Positions 1-13,798 of a stretch of DNA of 64,000 bases are shown in pieces (position 1 is the first letter of the stretch; each line of letters begins with the position of its first letter). The notes below the pieces were generated by a model, which saw nothing but the letters and a program-made list of their open reading frames with translations, searched no databases and was not told the origin of the DNA. The DNA is from Macrostomum lignano (lineage: Eukaryota). Where the stretch lies: contig NIVC01000225.1 in the NCBI GenBank assembly GCA_002269645.1, positions 222,678 to 286,677 on the forward strand. The letters are read 5' to 3'. Made by a program: the position numbers and the translations under genes.

Positions 1-1950
<1,950 letters not shown>

Positions 1951-1970
<20 letters not shown>

Positions 1971-2251
1971 ACTTAGTAACTGACTGAGAAAACTAAATAA
2001 TAACTTTTGACTTGGGAAAGATTAGCCAGAATACGAAACCGGCCTTTCAACGCTTGGCGTCAAGCAAAAAGGCGCTTAACTCGAAATTCAGGTGCTGCCC
2101 AGTCCGAATTCGAATGTCTGTGGCCAGGGCTGCAGCAGTGAGAAGGGCCGCCGCTAATCCCAGTCCATCAAGTCTCCGCGGCGTTAATTCTCCATTAGTG
2201 GCGAGTCGCACCTGTCTTTGGGGCGCCCGTCAGCCATGTCAGCCTCGGCAG
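1951..2251 (+). mobile_element. Microsatellite-embedded dispersed repeat, copy 1 (extends to ~2580 before a (GTCA)n tract)
   Basis: 301 bp nearly identical to 25401-25701 (constant offset 23450; about 3 substitutions seen). Both copies follow an (ACTA)n tract. Mobility is inferred. Confidence 0.7.
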
Positions 2252-2580
2252 CCCGGGTCCACTTTCAAACAGACTCGGGACAAAAGCTGAAGGGCCTGGG
2301 GAAAATGGCTAAAGAGGGATTAGCGAGAGGCAGCAGGGCTAATCTGATGTTTTGACAGCCGTGCCATATTGGGAGGGGCGCCCCGCCAGCTCGGGTGTCT
2401 GCCATCCTCAGGTGGTGCGGATTAGGACCAGATTTTCTCCTATTCGAAGCTCCCGGCTGCACTCGAGTCTCGGGTTTGTTTTGCTGGCAGGCCTGAAAAT
2501 AGACCGCCGGACAGCGGCAAAACACTAATAACTCTGACCCAGCTGCGGCAAGCTCGAGGCTGCGGCTCCCATGAATAAGG

Positions 2581-2876
2581 GTCAGTCAGTCAGTCAGTCA
2601 GTCAGTCAGTCAGTCAGTCAGTCAGTCAGTCAGTCAGTCAGTCAGTCAGTCAGTCAGTCAGTCAGTCAGTCAGTCAGTCAGTCAGTCAGTCAGTCAGTCA
2701 GTCAGTCAGTCAGTCAGTCAGTCAGTCAGTCAGTCAGTCAGTCAGTCAGTCAGTCAGTCAGTCAGTCAGTCAGTCAGTCAGTCAGTCAGTCAGTCAGTCA
2801 GTCAGTCAGTCAGTCAGTCAGTCAGTCAGTCAGTCAGTCAGTCAGTCAGTCAGTCAGTCAGTCAGTCAGTCAGTCA
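2581..2876. repeat. (GTCA)n microsatellite
   Basis: Perfect gtca array; explains the SQSV ORF. Confidence 0.98.
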
Positions 2877-3096
2877 GGCATGCACTCAACGCCTTGGGGG
2901 CTGGTCTTCACAGCCGCGTGAATCATTTGACAAGCCACGGGCAAATCTTCTTGACCGCAGACAGAATCGAACCCACTCCCTGCTCTGCCACCGACGTTCT
3001 TGTTTGTCCCGCGTCATTTGCACTTGCTAGGAGAGCACGGGACGCAGCCGCCTGGTCGAGCCTAGCGCATCCGATGAGGACTGGCTGCTTAGGGCT

Positions 3097-3430
3097 CTCT
3101 TGCCTGACTGTTGTGTTTGGGGTGGCTGCCTGCGGCTCTCTTGCCTGACTGTTGTGTTTGGGGTGGCTGCCTGCGGCTCTCTTGCCTGACTGTTGTGTTT
3201 GGGGTGGCTGCCTGCGGCTCTCTTGCCTGACTGTTGTGTTTGGGGTGGCTGCTTGGGGCTCTCTTGCCTGACTGTTGTGTTTGGGGTGGCTGCTTGGGGC
3301 TCTCTTGCCTGACTGTTGTGTTTGGGGTGGCTGCCTGCGGCTCTCTTGCCTGACTGTTGTGTTTGGGGTGGCTGCCTGCGGCTCTCTTGCCTGACTGTTG
3401 TGTTTGGGGTGACTGCCTGTGGCTCTCTTG
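3097..3430. repeat. ~33-bp minisatellite (ctctcttgcctgactgttgtgtttggggtggctg...)
   Basis: About 10 degenerate tandem units. Confidence 0.92.
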
Positions 3431-3702
3431 CCTCTGTCTCTCGTGCTCTTCCAAACTTCCATTGTGTACAACCCTAACCACCGGGCCACCCTAGAGGATG
3501 CGTTACCAAGGGTGACAGGAACGCCAGCTTGGGTTGCTAAGGGCACCAAGACTGCGTGCTACTCGAAGACTGCGCCTGTGGCACTTACATCAGTTGCGGA
3601 CCCAAATTTCGGGAGCGGGATGGGCGGTCACCCCCCGCTTCCCCGCTGCACCTGCCGTCAGTCCAGCCAGTTTCCTTGGAAATCGCTCTGGGGAGCGGCT
3701 GG

Positions 3703-3739
3703 CCAATGGCTTGCGACAGCAAAGTGCCGCTACTATAAA
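3703..3739 (+). promoter_or_regulatory. Candidate CCAAT box (3703) and TATA box (TATAAA, 3734) of ILP gene 1
   Basis: Motifs ~105-140 bp upstream of the ATG at 3844. A similar CCAAT(5950)/GATAAAA(5978) pair precedes ILP gene 2. Confidence 0.45.
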
Positions 3740-3843
3740 CTGCCGGGCGGCTCCGCGGATGCTCCGGCGCAGGCCGCGGCCCCTCTCCGCATCTCCGTCT
3801 CGTTCAGCAACCTCTCGCTACTCTCTCCCATCAGCAGGCCTCG

Positions 3844-4330
3844 ATGCCGAGCTCAGCTGCCGTGTCCGCCTTCGCCCTGCTGGTGCTGGCGGCCATCTGC
3901 ATGGCGCAGTGCAGCGCCAGCCAGCACTCCGACGTCATGGTGGTAGGCCCCCCCCTGCTCACTCTGCTGCTCACCCAACCGCTCCCGTCACTGTACTGTG
4001 CCTCAAACCCCTCTGCTTTGCAGGACAGGTACATCAGGAAGTGCGGCTACGATCTCGTCAGGACAATGTGGAAGGTGTGCAGCCGGAGAGGCGTCGCGGT
4101 GAAGCGGGGGCAGCTCAACAAACTTGGTGAGTAGCGGCGGGTGTCCCCCGGTTGCACTTTCAGCGCTTCAAGCCGCACCCTGTGCGATCATTTCAGTCAC
4201 CGGCTTGGCCAAGCGGAGCAACAGGCACCGCCTGCCGGAGCTGCAGTGCCTCATCAAGCAGGAGGACGTGGTGTACCACTGCTGCTGCAACTGGTGCAAG
4301 CTGTCCTACCTGGAGCTGTACTGCGACTGA
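3844..4330 (+). CDS. Insulin-like peptide precursor 1; exons 3844-3942 (or -3939), 4024-4126, 4164-4330
   Basis: Signal peptide MPSSAAVSAFALLVLAAICMAQCSA. B chain DRYIRKCGYDLVRTMWKVC, dibasic KR sites, A domain ...QCLIKQEDVVYHCC-CNW-C-KLSYLELY-CD* (CC-x3-C-x8-C). GT-AG introns in phase 0 and phase 1; the second is 37 bp. Confidence 0.92.
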
Positions 4331-5289
4331 CGCAGGAACTGAATTTGAATTGGCGCCACCCTGAACTGGCCAGTCCCACCTCCCCCAGTCTCTCTCTGAA
4401 CTCTCTCTACAGACCTCCCCAGAACGCAGTGAATATACGGAGACCTCACAGAGTCCTGCCGCCAGGACATTTTATTGAAGCTGTTTTAACTTGCTTGTTC
4501 AGAGTTGAAGATCTTATTGAACTTGGCCAATATGCGACAGTCTCTTAGCCCTATAAGTGAACTGGATCGTTTATAACCTGCAGTTGTTTCTTGTTTGTGG
4601 ACAGAGCTGAGGGGTCAGGCTCAGTGACCACCCAGAGACTCCTTGACTTACTTAGCGGTTGATTCCGCCAACGCCTGGCGACCACGGGCAGTTGGTGTTG
4701 CGGTGTCGCGCAGGGAGATCCGGTGGTGTCACCCGGTGTCCAGAGCGAGGTGCCTCTCCAGAGAGTCCAGGAGGTGGATGGCCGCTCGCCCGGTCGTAGA
4801 CCTTGGGTGGCAGAAATTCTCGGGCTTGAAAATATCTCGGAGACATCCGGGTTTGGGCTGAGGCAGGTGAGCCTGTCCTGAGTAAAAGCCTGATGTCTCT
4901 GCAGTTGAGTCCAAGCAGCGCCCTGTGGAGGGCGGGGGGCGTACGGGGGACAGCCGCGCGGGATTTTGGCAGTCGGGGTGGTCAGCCCACTTCTCCCACC
5001 CAGTGACCCCTCAGTGGCAGAAACCGCGTGTTTGTCTGCTAAAAGCAGCTGTTTTAGGCCTGGAGTCACTCCCAGACCTCAGAACTGACACAATGAGTTA
5101 TTCTTGACTGATGCCACTGAAAAATTGATTTTGATGTGGCAAAAACAGCGCATGGGGCCGGAATCAGAAAAATGACATTGGATAACATCGGATAGCCAGG
5201 AGCTTTGCCACTGGCTTCTTTTGAGCTTCTGGGCTTCTTTTCTTCTTTTGAAAATTGATTGGATTCCAATGGAAATCGCTTATGTCAGC

Positions 5290-5703
5290 GATGAGTTCCA
5301 GCACTGCCCGCTTCTGTCAGAGATGAGTTCCAGCACTGCCAGCTTCTGTCAGAGATGAGTTCCAGCACTGCCCGCTTCTGTCAGAGATGAGTTCCAGCAC
5401 TGCCCGCTTCTGTCAGAGATGAGTTCCAGCACTGCCCGCTTCTGTCAGAGATGAGTTCCAGCACTGCCCGCTTCTGTCAGAGATGAGTTCCAGCACTGCC
5501 CGCTTCTGTCAGAGATGAGTTCCAGCACTGCCCGCTTCTGTCAGAGATGAGTTCCAGCACTGCCCGCTTCTGTCAGAGATGAGTTCCAGCACTGCCCGCT
5601 TCTGTCAGAGATGAGTTCCAGCACTGCCCGCTTCTGTCAGAGATGAGTTCCAGCACTGCCCGCTTCTGTCAGAGATGAGTTCCAGCACTGCCCGCTTCTG
5701 TCA
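5290..5703. repeat. 32-bp minisatellite (gatgagttccagcactgcccgcttctgtcaga)
   Basis: About 13 near-perfect units. Confidence 0.95.
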
Positions 5704-6134
5704 GCCCTGAGCTCACGCGCGTCAGTTCAGCCATTCCCCATCAAAGCCCTCCTACGTCTATTTGCGAGCCAAAAGAGAAAAACATCGATAAATAAATTCC
5801 GCAAAGGCAAGCGAGATTTCTGCTCTTCTTTACTGAAGTGTAAATACTAAAGTGTTTACGGAAACGTGTCCGGGATGATGTCCGGCCCCGAGCTGCCCAG
5901 GCCGGGCCCGTGGGCGGCTTGGCAGCGGCCCGTTGGCCCAGCTGGGTGGCCAATGGGAGGCGGCGGGGCTGCTCGGGGATAAAATTGGCAGCCTTCGGGA
6001 CCGCCCCGGCCGATGCAGGCGGCCTGGCTGGCTTCCCGCAACACTCACCGACTGACCTTCCCTCTCCACAAGCTCTGCTCAAACTCTGCTCAAGCTCTCC
6101 TCACTCCGGCCAATCCAGCAAGAAGCTGCAGACG

Positions 6135-6838
6135 ATGCGCAGCTCGGCACTGACGCTCTCGGCTCTGGTCCTCCTGGCTGTGGCGCTGTGCGGCAGCGGC
6201 TCGCAGCAGATTCGAACCCGGTCCGGCTCTGGGCTGGCTGAGGTAGGTCTTGAGCTGTTAAAGTTGCATTCAGCGCTATGCTATTCTAAACCAGCACGTT
6301 TTCGGCCCCAACGCAGCCTAAACTGCCGAGGCTGTGCGGCATCAGGCTGATCAGGAAGCTGTACGAGGTGTGCAAGGACCGCGGCGGCGTCTACAACGGT
6401 GGTCTCATGCGCCGCGTCAGACGCGACACCTCTAGCAGCTCAGGTGAGTTGGCTACCTCAGCCTCCGCCATCAGTGCTCACCTCAGCCTCCATCATCAGT
6501 GCTCACCCCAGCCTCCATCATCAGTGCTCACCCCAGCCTCCATCATCAGTGCTCACCCCAGCCTCCATCATCAGTGCTCACCCCAGCCTCCATCATCAGT
6601 GCTCACCCCAGCCTCCATCATCAGTGCTCACTCAGCCTCCATCATCAGTGCTCACCCCAGCCTCCATCATCAGTGCTCACCCCAGCCACTGCATCAATTT
6701 TCAGTCGGCCAGCTCCTGAAGCGCACCATAGGGCATTCCAAGCTCAAATGCCTGATTCCAAAGGACGACATTGTGCACCACTGCTGCACCTGCGGGCGGT
6801 GCACCTTGTCCTACATGCAGCTGTACTGCAACTACTGA
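6135..6838 (+). CDS. Insulin-like peptide precursor 2; exons 6135-6242, 6317-6443, 6705-6838
   Basis: Signal peptide MRSSALTLSALVLLAVALCGSGS. B chain PKLPRLCGIRLIRKLYEVC, RRVRR and KR sites, A domain KCLIPKDDIVHHCC-TCGR-C-TLSYMQLY-CNY*. Intron phases 0/1 as in ILP1. AATAAA at 6923. Confidence 0.92.
6465..6686. repeat. 25-bp minisatellite in ILP2 intron 2
   Basis: gcctccatcatcagtgctcacccca tandem units. Confidence 0.9.
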
Positions 6839-7387
6839 TCTGGCGGTGACAATGTCCCTCCACTCAAGGACTGCCCTTCACCTCCCTTTGCTTCTGTTAA
6901 CCGAGCAATGACTGCGCTATAAAATAAACTCTATGAGGCTATTTTACCTGTGCATGACTCGGACTGCGCGATCTCTTTCATTCTTTAATATTCGACAGCA
7001 CAGCACAGCTGGCCTGCACTGATGCTGGCTGACCTTCCGCCGGCAGCTGCAGATCTGCTGCATCAGCCAATACGGTGGGAGACCCGCGCGGTGTGCAAAT
7101 CCGCGGTAATCCTCCATGCAGACGGGCAGTTGGATAATCCTTCGCTTCCAGCAGCGGGATTAGCGTCCCCAGCAATTAGTCTGACAGAGCTCGGGCCCAG
7201 TCAACCCCCCAACCACCTGTGTGTCATCGAATTTCGGCGCTCGTTCAGCCGCAGTCTGAAGAAAGGGGGCGGCAAAATTCGTCAAAGCTGTTATTTCGAA
7301 AATTGCTGCCTTCGAGGACAAGCAAAACGGAGTCGAAGTGTTGTTGTGTATTTTTTCTGCAGATAACTGCAGAGGCTCGGGTGAGAA

Positions 7388-9440
7388 GGCAGATTCAGGA
7401 CACAGGCAGATTCAGGACACAGGCAGATTCAAGACACAGGCAGATTCAAGACACAGGCAGATTCAGGACACAGGCAGATTCAAGACACAGGCAGATTCAA
7501 GACACAGCCAGATTCAAGACACAGCCAGATTCAGGACACGGATTGGCAGATTCAAGACACAGAGGCAGATTCAAGACACAGAGGCAGATTCAGGACACAG
7601 CCAGATTCAGGACACAGGCAGATTCAAGACACAGGCAGATTCAAGACACAGGCAGATTCAAGACACAGGCAGATTCAAGACACAGGCAGATTCAAGACAC
7701 AGGCAGATTCAGGACACAGGCAGATTCAAGACACAGGCAGATTCAAGACACAGGCAGATTCAAGACACAGGCAGATTCAGGACACAGGCAGATTCAAGAC
7801 ACAGGCAGATTCAAGACACAGGCAGATTCAAGACACAGGCAGATTCAAGACACAGGCAGATTCAAGACACAGGCAGATTCAAGACACAGGCAGATTCAGG
7901 ACACGGATTGGCAGATTCAGGACACAGGCAGATTCAGGACACAGGCAGATTCAGGACACAGGCAGATTCAGGACACGGATTGGCAGATTCAGGACACAGG
8001 CAGATTCAAGACACAGGCAGATTCAAGACACAGGCAGATTCAAGACACAGGCAGATTCAAGACACAGGCAGATTCAAGACACAGGCAGATTCAAGACACA
8101 GGCAGATTCAGGACACGGATTGGCAGATTCAGGACACAGGCAGATTCAGGACACAGGCAGATTCAGGACACAGGCAGATTCAGGACACGGATTGGCAGAT
8201 TCAGGACACAGGCAGATTCAGGACACAGGCAGATTCAAGACACAGGCAGATTCAAGACACAGGCAGATTCAAGACACAGGCAGATTCAGGACACGGATTG
8301 GCAGATTCAGGACACAGGCAGATTCAAGACACAGGCAGATTCAAGACACAGGCAGATTCAGGACACAGGCAGATTCAGGACACAGGCAGATTCAGGACAC
8401 GGATTGGCAGATTCAGGACACAGGCAGATTCAAGACACAGGCAGATTCAAGACACAGGCAGATTCAAGACACAGGCAGATTCAAGACACAGGCAGATTCA
8501 AGACACAGGCAGATTCAGGACACGGATTGGCAGATTCAGGACACAGGCAGATTCAGGACACAGGCAGATTCAGGACACGGATTGGCAGATTCAGGACACA
8601 GGCAGATTCAGGACACAGGCAGATTCAAGACACAGGCAGATTCAGGACACGGATTGGCAGATTCAGGACACAGGCAGATTCAAGACACAGGCAGATTCAA
8701 GACACAGGCAGATTCAGGACACAGGCAGATTCAGGACACAGGCAGATTCAAGACACAGGCAGATTCAAGACACAGCCAGATTCAAGACACAGCCAGATTC
8801 AGGACACGGATTGGCAGATTCAAGACAAAGAGACAGATTCAAGACACAGGCAGATTCAAGACACAGGCAGATTCAAGACACAGGCAGATTCAGAACACAG
8901 GCAGATTCAAGACACAGCCAGATTCAAGACACAGCCAGATTCAGGACACGGATTGGCAGATTCAAGACAAAGAGACAGATTCAGGACACAGGCAGATTCA
9001 AGACACAGGCAGATTCAAGACACAGCCAGATTCAGGACACGGATTGGCAGATTCAAGACAAAGAGGCAGATTCAAGACACAGGCAGATTCAAGACACAGG
9101 CAGATTCAAGACACAGGCAGATTCAGGACACAGGCAGATTCAGGACACAGGCAGATTCAAGACACAGAGGCAGATTCAAGACACAGAGCCAGATTCAGGA
9201 CACGGATTGGCAGATTCAGGACACGGATTGGCAGATTCAGGACACAGGCAGATTCAAGACACAGGCAGATTCAGGACACAGGCAGATTCAGGACACAGGC
9301 AGATTCAGGACACAGGCAGATTCAGGACACGGATTGGCAGATTCAGGACACAGGCAGATTCAGGACACGGATTGGCAGATTCAGGACACAGGCAGATTCA
9401 GGACACAGAGGTAGATTCAAGACACAGATTGGCAGATTCA
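7388..9440. repeat. 17-bp minisatellite (ggcagattca[a/g]gacaca) with 21-bp variants
   Basis: ~2 kb array with no stop codon on +, producing the 441-731 aa pseudo-ORFs. Confidence 0.96.
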
Positions 9441-9939
9441 ATTAAGTGGTCACTCGAAAGATAAGAAATGGTTATCATTTCATGTATCTAAACGTTATAT
9501 ACTGGTATATCTGTAACAAAACTACATATCTGAGTCGACAACGCTGGCACAGAGCAATATTGAATTCGGCATAATTATTTTGCAGTATAAATGAACTCTA
9601 ATTTCTTCTATTCAGCGGCAGAGAAGCCCTATTAAATAATTAACAGGTGAAAAGCTGAAGCGGCAGTGTAAATTGAAAATTCACACACTGCCATCAGTTC
9701 ACAGCTTGGGAATGGCTGCAACAGACTATTATCAGACGAAATGCAATTTATATTTAAAGAATTTCGACACCAATAATCTAATCTCGCTCTCCACATTGCG
9801 GTCGAACAAATCCTTTTTATAACAAATTTTAGTTTTTTTAATCGAAAAATGTATATATATTCATATCTTGTCCCAGTTACTGCCAAAAGTAGGAACGTGC
9901 GAATGAAAAAGGTATCTTTTACGAGCGTAACTTTGAGGT

Positions 9940-11780
9940 TCCCAATCTCTCCCTGAACTCCGGAATCTCTCCCTGGACTGCGGAATCTCTCCATGGACTT
10001 CGGAATCTCTCCCTGGACTGCGGAATCTCTCCATGGACTTCGGAATCTCTCCCTGGACTGCGGAATCTCTCCATGGACTGCGGAATCTCTCCATGGACTT
10101 CGGAATCTCTCCCTGGACTGCGGAATCTCTCCCTGGACTGCGGAATCTCTCCCTGGACTTCGGAATCTCTCCCTGGACTGCGGAATCTCTCCCTGAACTG
10201 CGGAATCTCTCCCTGAACTGCGGAATCTCTCCCTGGACTGCGGAATCTCTCCCTGAACTGCGGAATCTCTCCCTGAACTGCGGAATCTCTCCCTGAACTG
10301 CGGAATCTCTCCCTGGACTGCGGAATCTCTCCCTGGACTGCGGAATCTCTCCCTGAACTGCGGAATCTCTCCCTGGACTGCGGAATCTCTCCCTGAACTG
10401 CGGAATCTCTCCCTGGACTGCGGAATCTCTCCCTGGACTGCGGAATCTCTCCTTAAACTGAGGAATCTCCCTGAACTGCGGAATCTCTCCCTGAACTGCG
10501 GAATCTCTCCCTGGACTGCGGAATCTCTCCCTGAACTGCGGAATCTCTCCCTGGACTGCGGAATCTCTCCCTGGACTGCGGAATCTCTCCCTGAACTGCG
10601 GAATCTCTCCCTGGACTTCGGAATCTCTCCCTGGACTGCGGAATCTCTCCCTGGACTTCGGAATCTCTCCCTGAACTGCGGAATCTCTCCCTGGACTTCG
10701 GAATCTCTCCCTGGACTGCGGAATCTCTCCCTGGACTGCGGAATCTCTCCCTGGACTGCGGAATCTCTCCTTAAACTGAGGAATCTCCCTGAACTGCGGA
10801 ATCTCTCCCTGAACTGCGGAATCTCTCCCTGGACTGCGGAATCTCTTCTTGAACTGCGGAATCTCTCCCTGGACTGCGGAATCTCTCCCTGGACTGCGGA
10901 ATCTCTCCCTGAACTGCGGAATCTCTCCCTGAACTGCAGAATCTCTCCCTGGACTGCGGAATCTCTCCCTGAACTGCGGAATCTCTCCCTGGACTGCGGA
11001 ATCTCTCCCTGGACTGCGGAATCTCTCCCTGGACTTCGGAATCTCTCCCTGGACTGCGGAATCTCTCCCTGAACTGCGGAATCTCTCCCTGGACTGCAGA
11101 ATCTCTCCCTGGACTGCGGAATCTCTCCTTAAACTGAGGAATCTCCCTGAACTGCGGAATCTCTCCCTGAACTGCGGAATCTCTCCCTGAACTGCGGAAT
11201 CTCTCCCTGAACTGCGGAATCTCTCCCTGGACTGCGGAATCTCTCCCTGGACTGCGGAATCTCTCCCTGGACTTCGGAATCTCTCCCTGAACTGCGGAAT
11301 CTCTCCCTGAACTGCGGAATCTCTCCCTGGACTGCGGAATCCTCTCCCTGGACTGCGGAATCTCTCCTTAAACTGAGGAATCTCCCTGAACTGCGGAATC
11401 TCTCCCTGAACTGCGGAATCTCTCCCTGAACTGCGGAATCTCTCCCTGAACTGCGGAATCTCTCCCTGAACTGCGGAATCTCTCCCTGAACTGCGGAATC
11501 TCTCCCTGAACTGCGGAATCTCTCCCTGAACTGCGGAATCTCTCCCTGAACTGCGGAATCTCTCCCTGAACTGCGGAATCTCTCCCTGAACTGCGGAATC
11601 TCTCCCTGAACTGCGGAATCTCTCCCTGAACTGCGGAATCTCTCCCTGAACTGCGGAATCTCTCCCTGAACTGCGGAATCTCTCCCTGGACTGCGGAATC
11701 TCTCCCTGAACTGCGGAATCTCTCCCTGAACTGCGGAATCTCTCCCTGGACTTCGGAATCTCTCCCTGGACTGCGGAATC
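9940..11780. repeat. 20-bp minisatellite (cggaatctctccctg[g/a]actg)
   Basis: ~1.8 kb tandem array. Confidence 0.96.
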
Positions 11781-12049
11781 TTACCGACTTTCCAAGGAAT
11801 CTCATCTAGACAGCTGAAAATTGAATCCCACTTTGAGCCGTGAGCACGGCAATGCCAATTTTGTCGGAGCGATGGGATTGGCTGCGCCAGGGCTTCTCTT
11901 ATCCCGGATGCCAGAGGATAAATAAGCTGCAGACCGGTGACCAGCTGCCCGCTTCTGCATCCGCCCGACAGCGCAGTCTCTCCAGCCGGCCCGACCGAAC
12001 AGGCAAATTTGACTCAAATCTGAACTCGACGACTCGCCAGCACCGCGTC

Positions 12050-13798
12050 ATGTCGGCATCAGCTCAGCTGATTCTGCGGTTTGCCCTGCCGCTGCTGCTC
12101 CTGGCATTCGCCGCTGGGCCTCAGCTGGCCGGCTCCGCAACCGTTCCTCCCGATGTGAGGCTGGCCCTGGCAACTGCAAAATGTCATGGCAACTATCCCA
12201 CAGAAGCCAAATCTTTCTAGCCACTAAATATCCTAGTAACTAAATGCCATAGCAACTAAATATCATAGCAAGTAAATCCCATAGCAAATAAACCCCATAG
12301 CAACTAACCCCCATAGCAACTAACCCCCATAGCAACTAAACACCATAGCAACTAAACACCATAGCAACTAAACCCAATAGCAACTAAACCCCATAGGAAG
12401 TAAATCCCATAGCAAATAAACCCCATAGCAACTAACCCCCATAGCAACTAAACACCATAGCAACTAAACACCATAGCAACTAAACACCATAGCAACTAAA
12501 CACCATAGCAACTAAACACCATAGCAACTAAACACCATAGCAACTAAATCCCATAGCAAGTAAATCTCATAGCAAGTAAATCCATAGCAACTAAATCCCA
12601 TGGCAACTAAATCCCATAGCAAGTAAATCTCATAGCAAGTAAATCCCATAGCAACTAAATCCCATGGCAACTAAATCCTATAGCAACTAAATCCCATAGC
12701 AACTAAATCCCATGGCAACTAAATACCTTGACAATCAAATCTATTCGCGGAGTGTGTGAGCAAAAAGCTCGAACTGGTGCCCATGGCCTCTCCATCATTG
12801 CAGCAGATCAGCATCCAGCAGTGCAGCGATAACCTGGTCAAAATTGTCCACTTCGTCTGCCGCAACAGGGGCGGAATCTACGATCAACGGTCCGGCTACC
12901 TGGAGCAGGCGGCTCGCTTCCTGAAGAGGGGCAAGCAGCTGGAGACCGCAGGTGAGGCCACGAGGTCACCTCGTCATCACGTGTGAGGTCAATGGCATTT
13001 GAGCTGGAGATCCGTGTGCTGCGGCTTGACGCTCATGCCTTAAAAACGTGTTGATTTGATGCTTGTCGAGAGAAAATCAATGTAGTTTATCCATAAGTCC
13101 ATGGTATTTGCTGTGAGGTCCATGGTATTTGCCGTGAGGTCCATGGTATTTGCCGTGAGGTCCATGGTATTTGCTGTGAGGTCCATGGTATTTGCTGTGA
13201 GGTCCATGTTATTTGCTGTGAGGTCCATGGTATTTGCTGTGAGGTCCATGGTATTTGCTGTAAGGTCCATGGTATTTGCTGTGAGGTCCATGTTATTTGC
13301 TGTGAGGTCCATGGTATTTGCTGTAAGGTCCATGGTATTTGCTGTGAGGTCCATGTTATTTGCTGTGAGGTCCATGGTATTTGCTGTAAGGTCCATGGTA
13401 TTTGCTGTGAGGTGCATGGTATTTGCTGTGAGGTCCATGGTATTTGCTGTAAGGTCCATGGTATTTGCTGTGAGGTGCATGGTATTTGCTGTAAGGTCCA
13501 TGGTATTTGCCACGAGATGCACCCCTAACAGAAGGCCAAGTGAAGATCCTTGAACTGAAGTTGAGCTTACCAGAAAAAGCAGTTCAAGCACTCGCACAGC
13601 AGAGCCGCAACCCCAGCCCTTCACCCCCTGCGCCCCGCAGCCGCCGTAGCCAAGCGCCAGCGCAGCCTGTCCTCGCTGGCCTGCATGATCGAAGACGCTG
13701 AGAACATCGTGAGCAGCTGCTGCTGCCGCGAGTGCTCGCTGTCCTACCTGTACGGCTTCTGCGCCTACCCCGAGCCAGTTGGGAGAGTGACCAACTGA
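12050..13798 (+). CDS. Insulin-like peptide precursor 3; exons 12050-12154, 12804(or 12807)-12951, 13641-13798
   Basis: Signal peptide MSASAQLILRFALPLLLLAFAAG. B chain QISIQQCSDNLVKIVHFVC, KR sites, A domain ACMIEDAENIVSSCC-CRE-C-SLSYLYGF-CAYPEPVGRVTN*. Same intron phases (0, 1). AATAAA at 14241. Confidence 0.88.
12230..12725. repeat. ~20-bp degenerate minisatellite (ccatagcaactaaa...) in ILP3 intron 1
   Basis: Tandem units read directly. Confidence 0.9.
13096..13510. repeat. 21-bp minisatellite (ccatggtatttgctgtgaggt) in ILP3 intron 2
   Basis: About 20 units; source of the MVFAVRS and MDLTANT ORFs. Confidence 0.95.

Noticed and set aside
7219-9464. 441-731 aa ORFs of QIQDTGRFKTQADS repeats
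   Set aside because: All three + frames are open because the 17-bp unit lacks stops. No signal peptide, splice context or frame-preserving variation.
13507-13640. Extra ILP3 exon (ILELKLSLPEK...)
   Set aside because: Exon 2 and the 13641 exon already join in phase 1 and match the paralogue structure.
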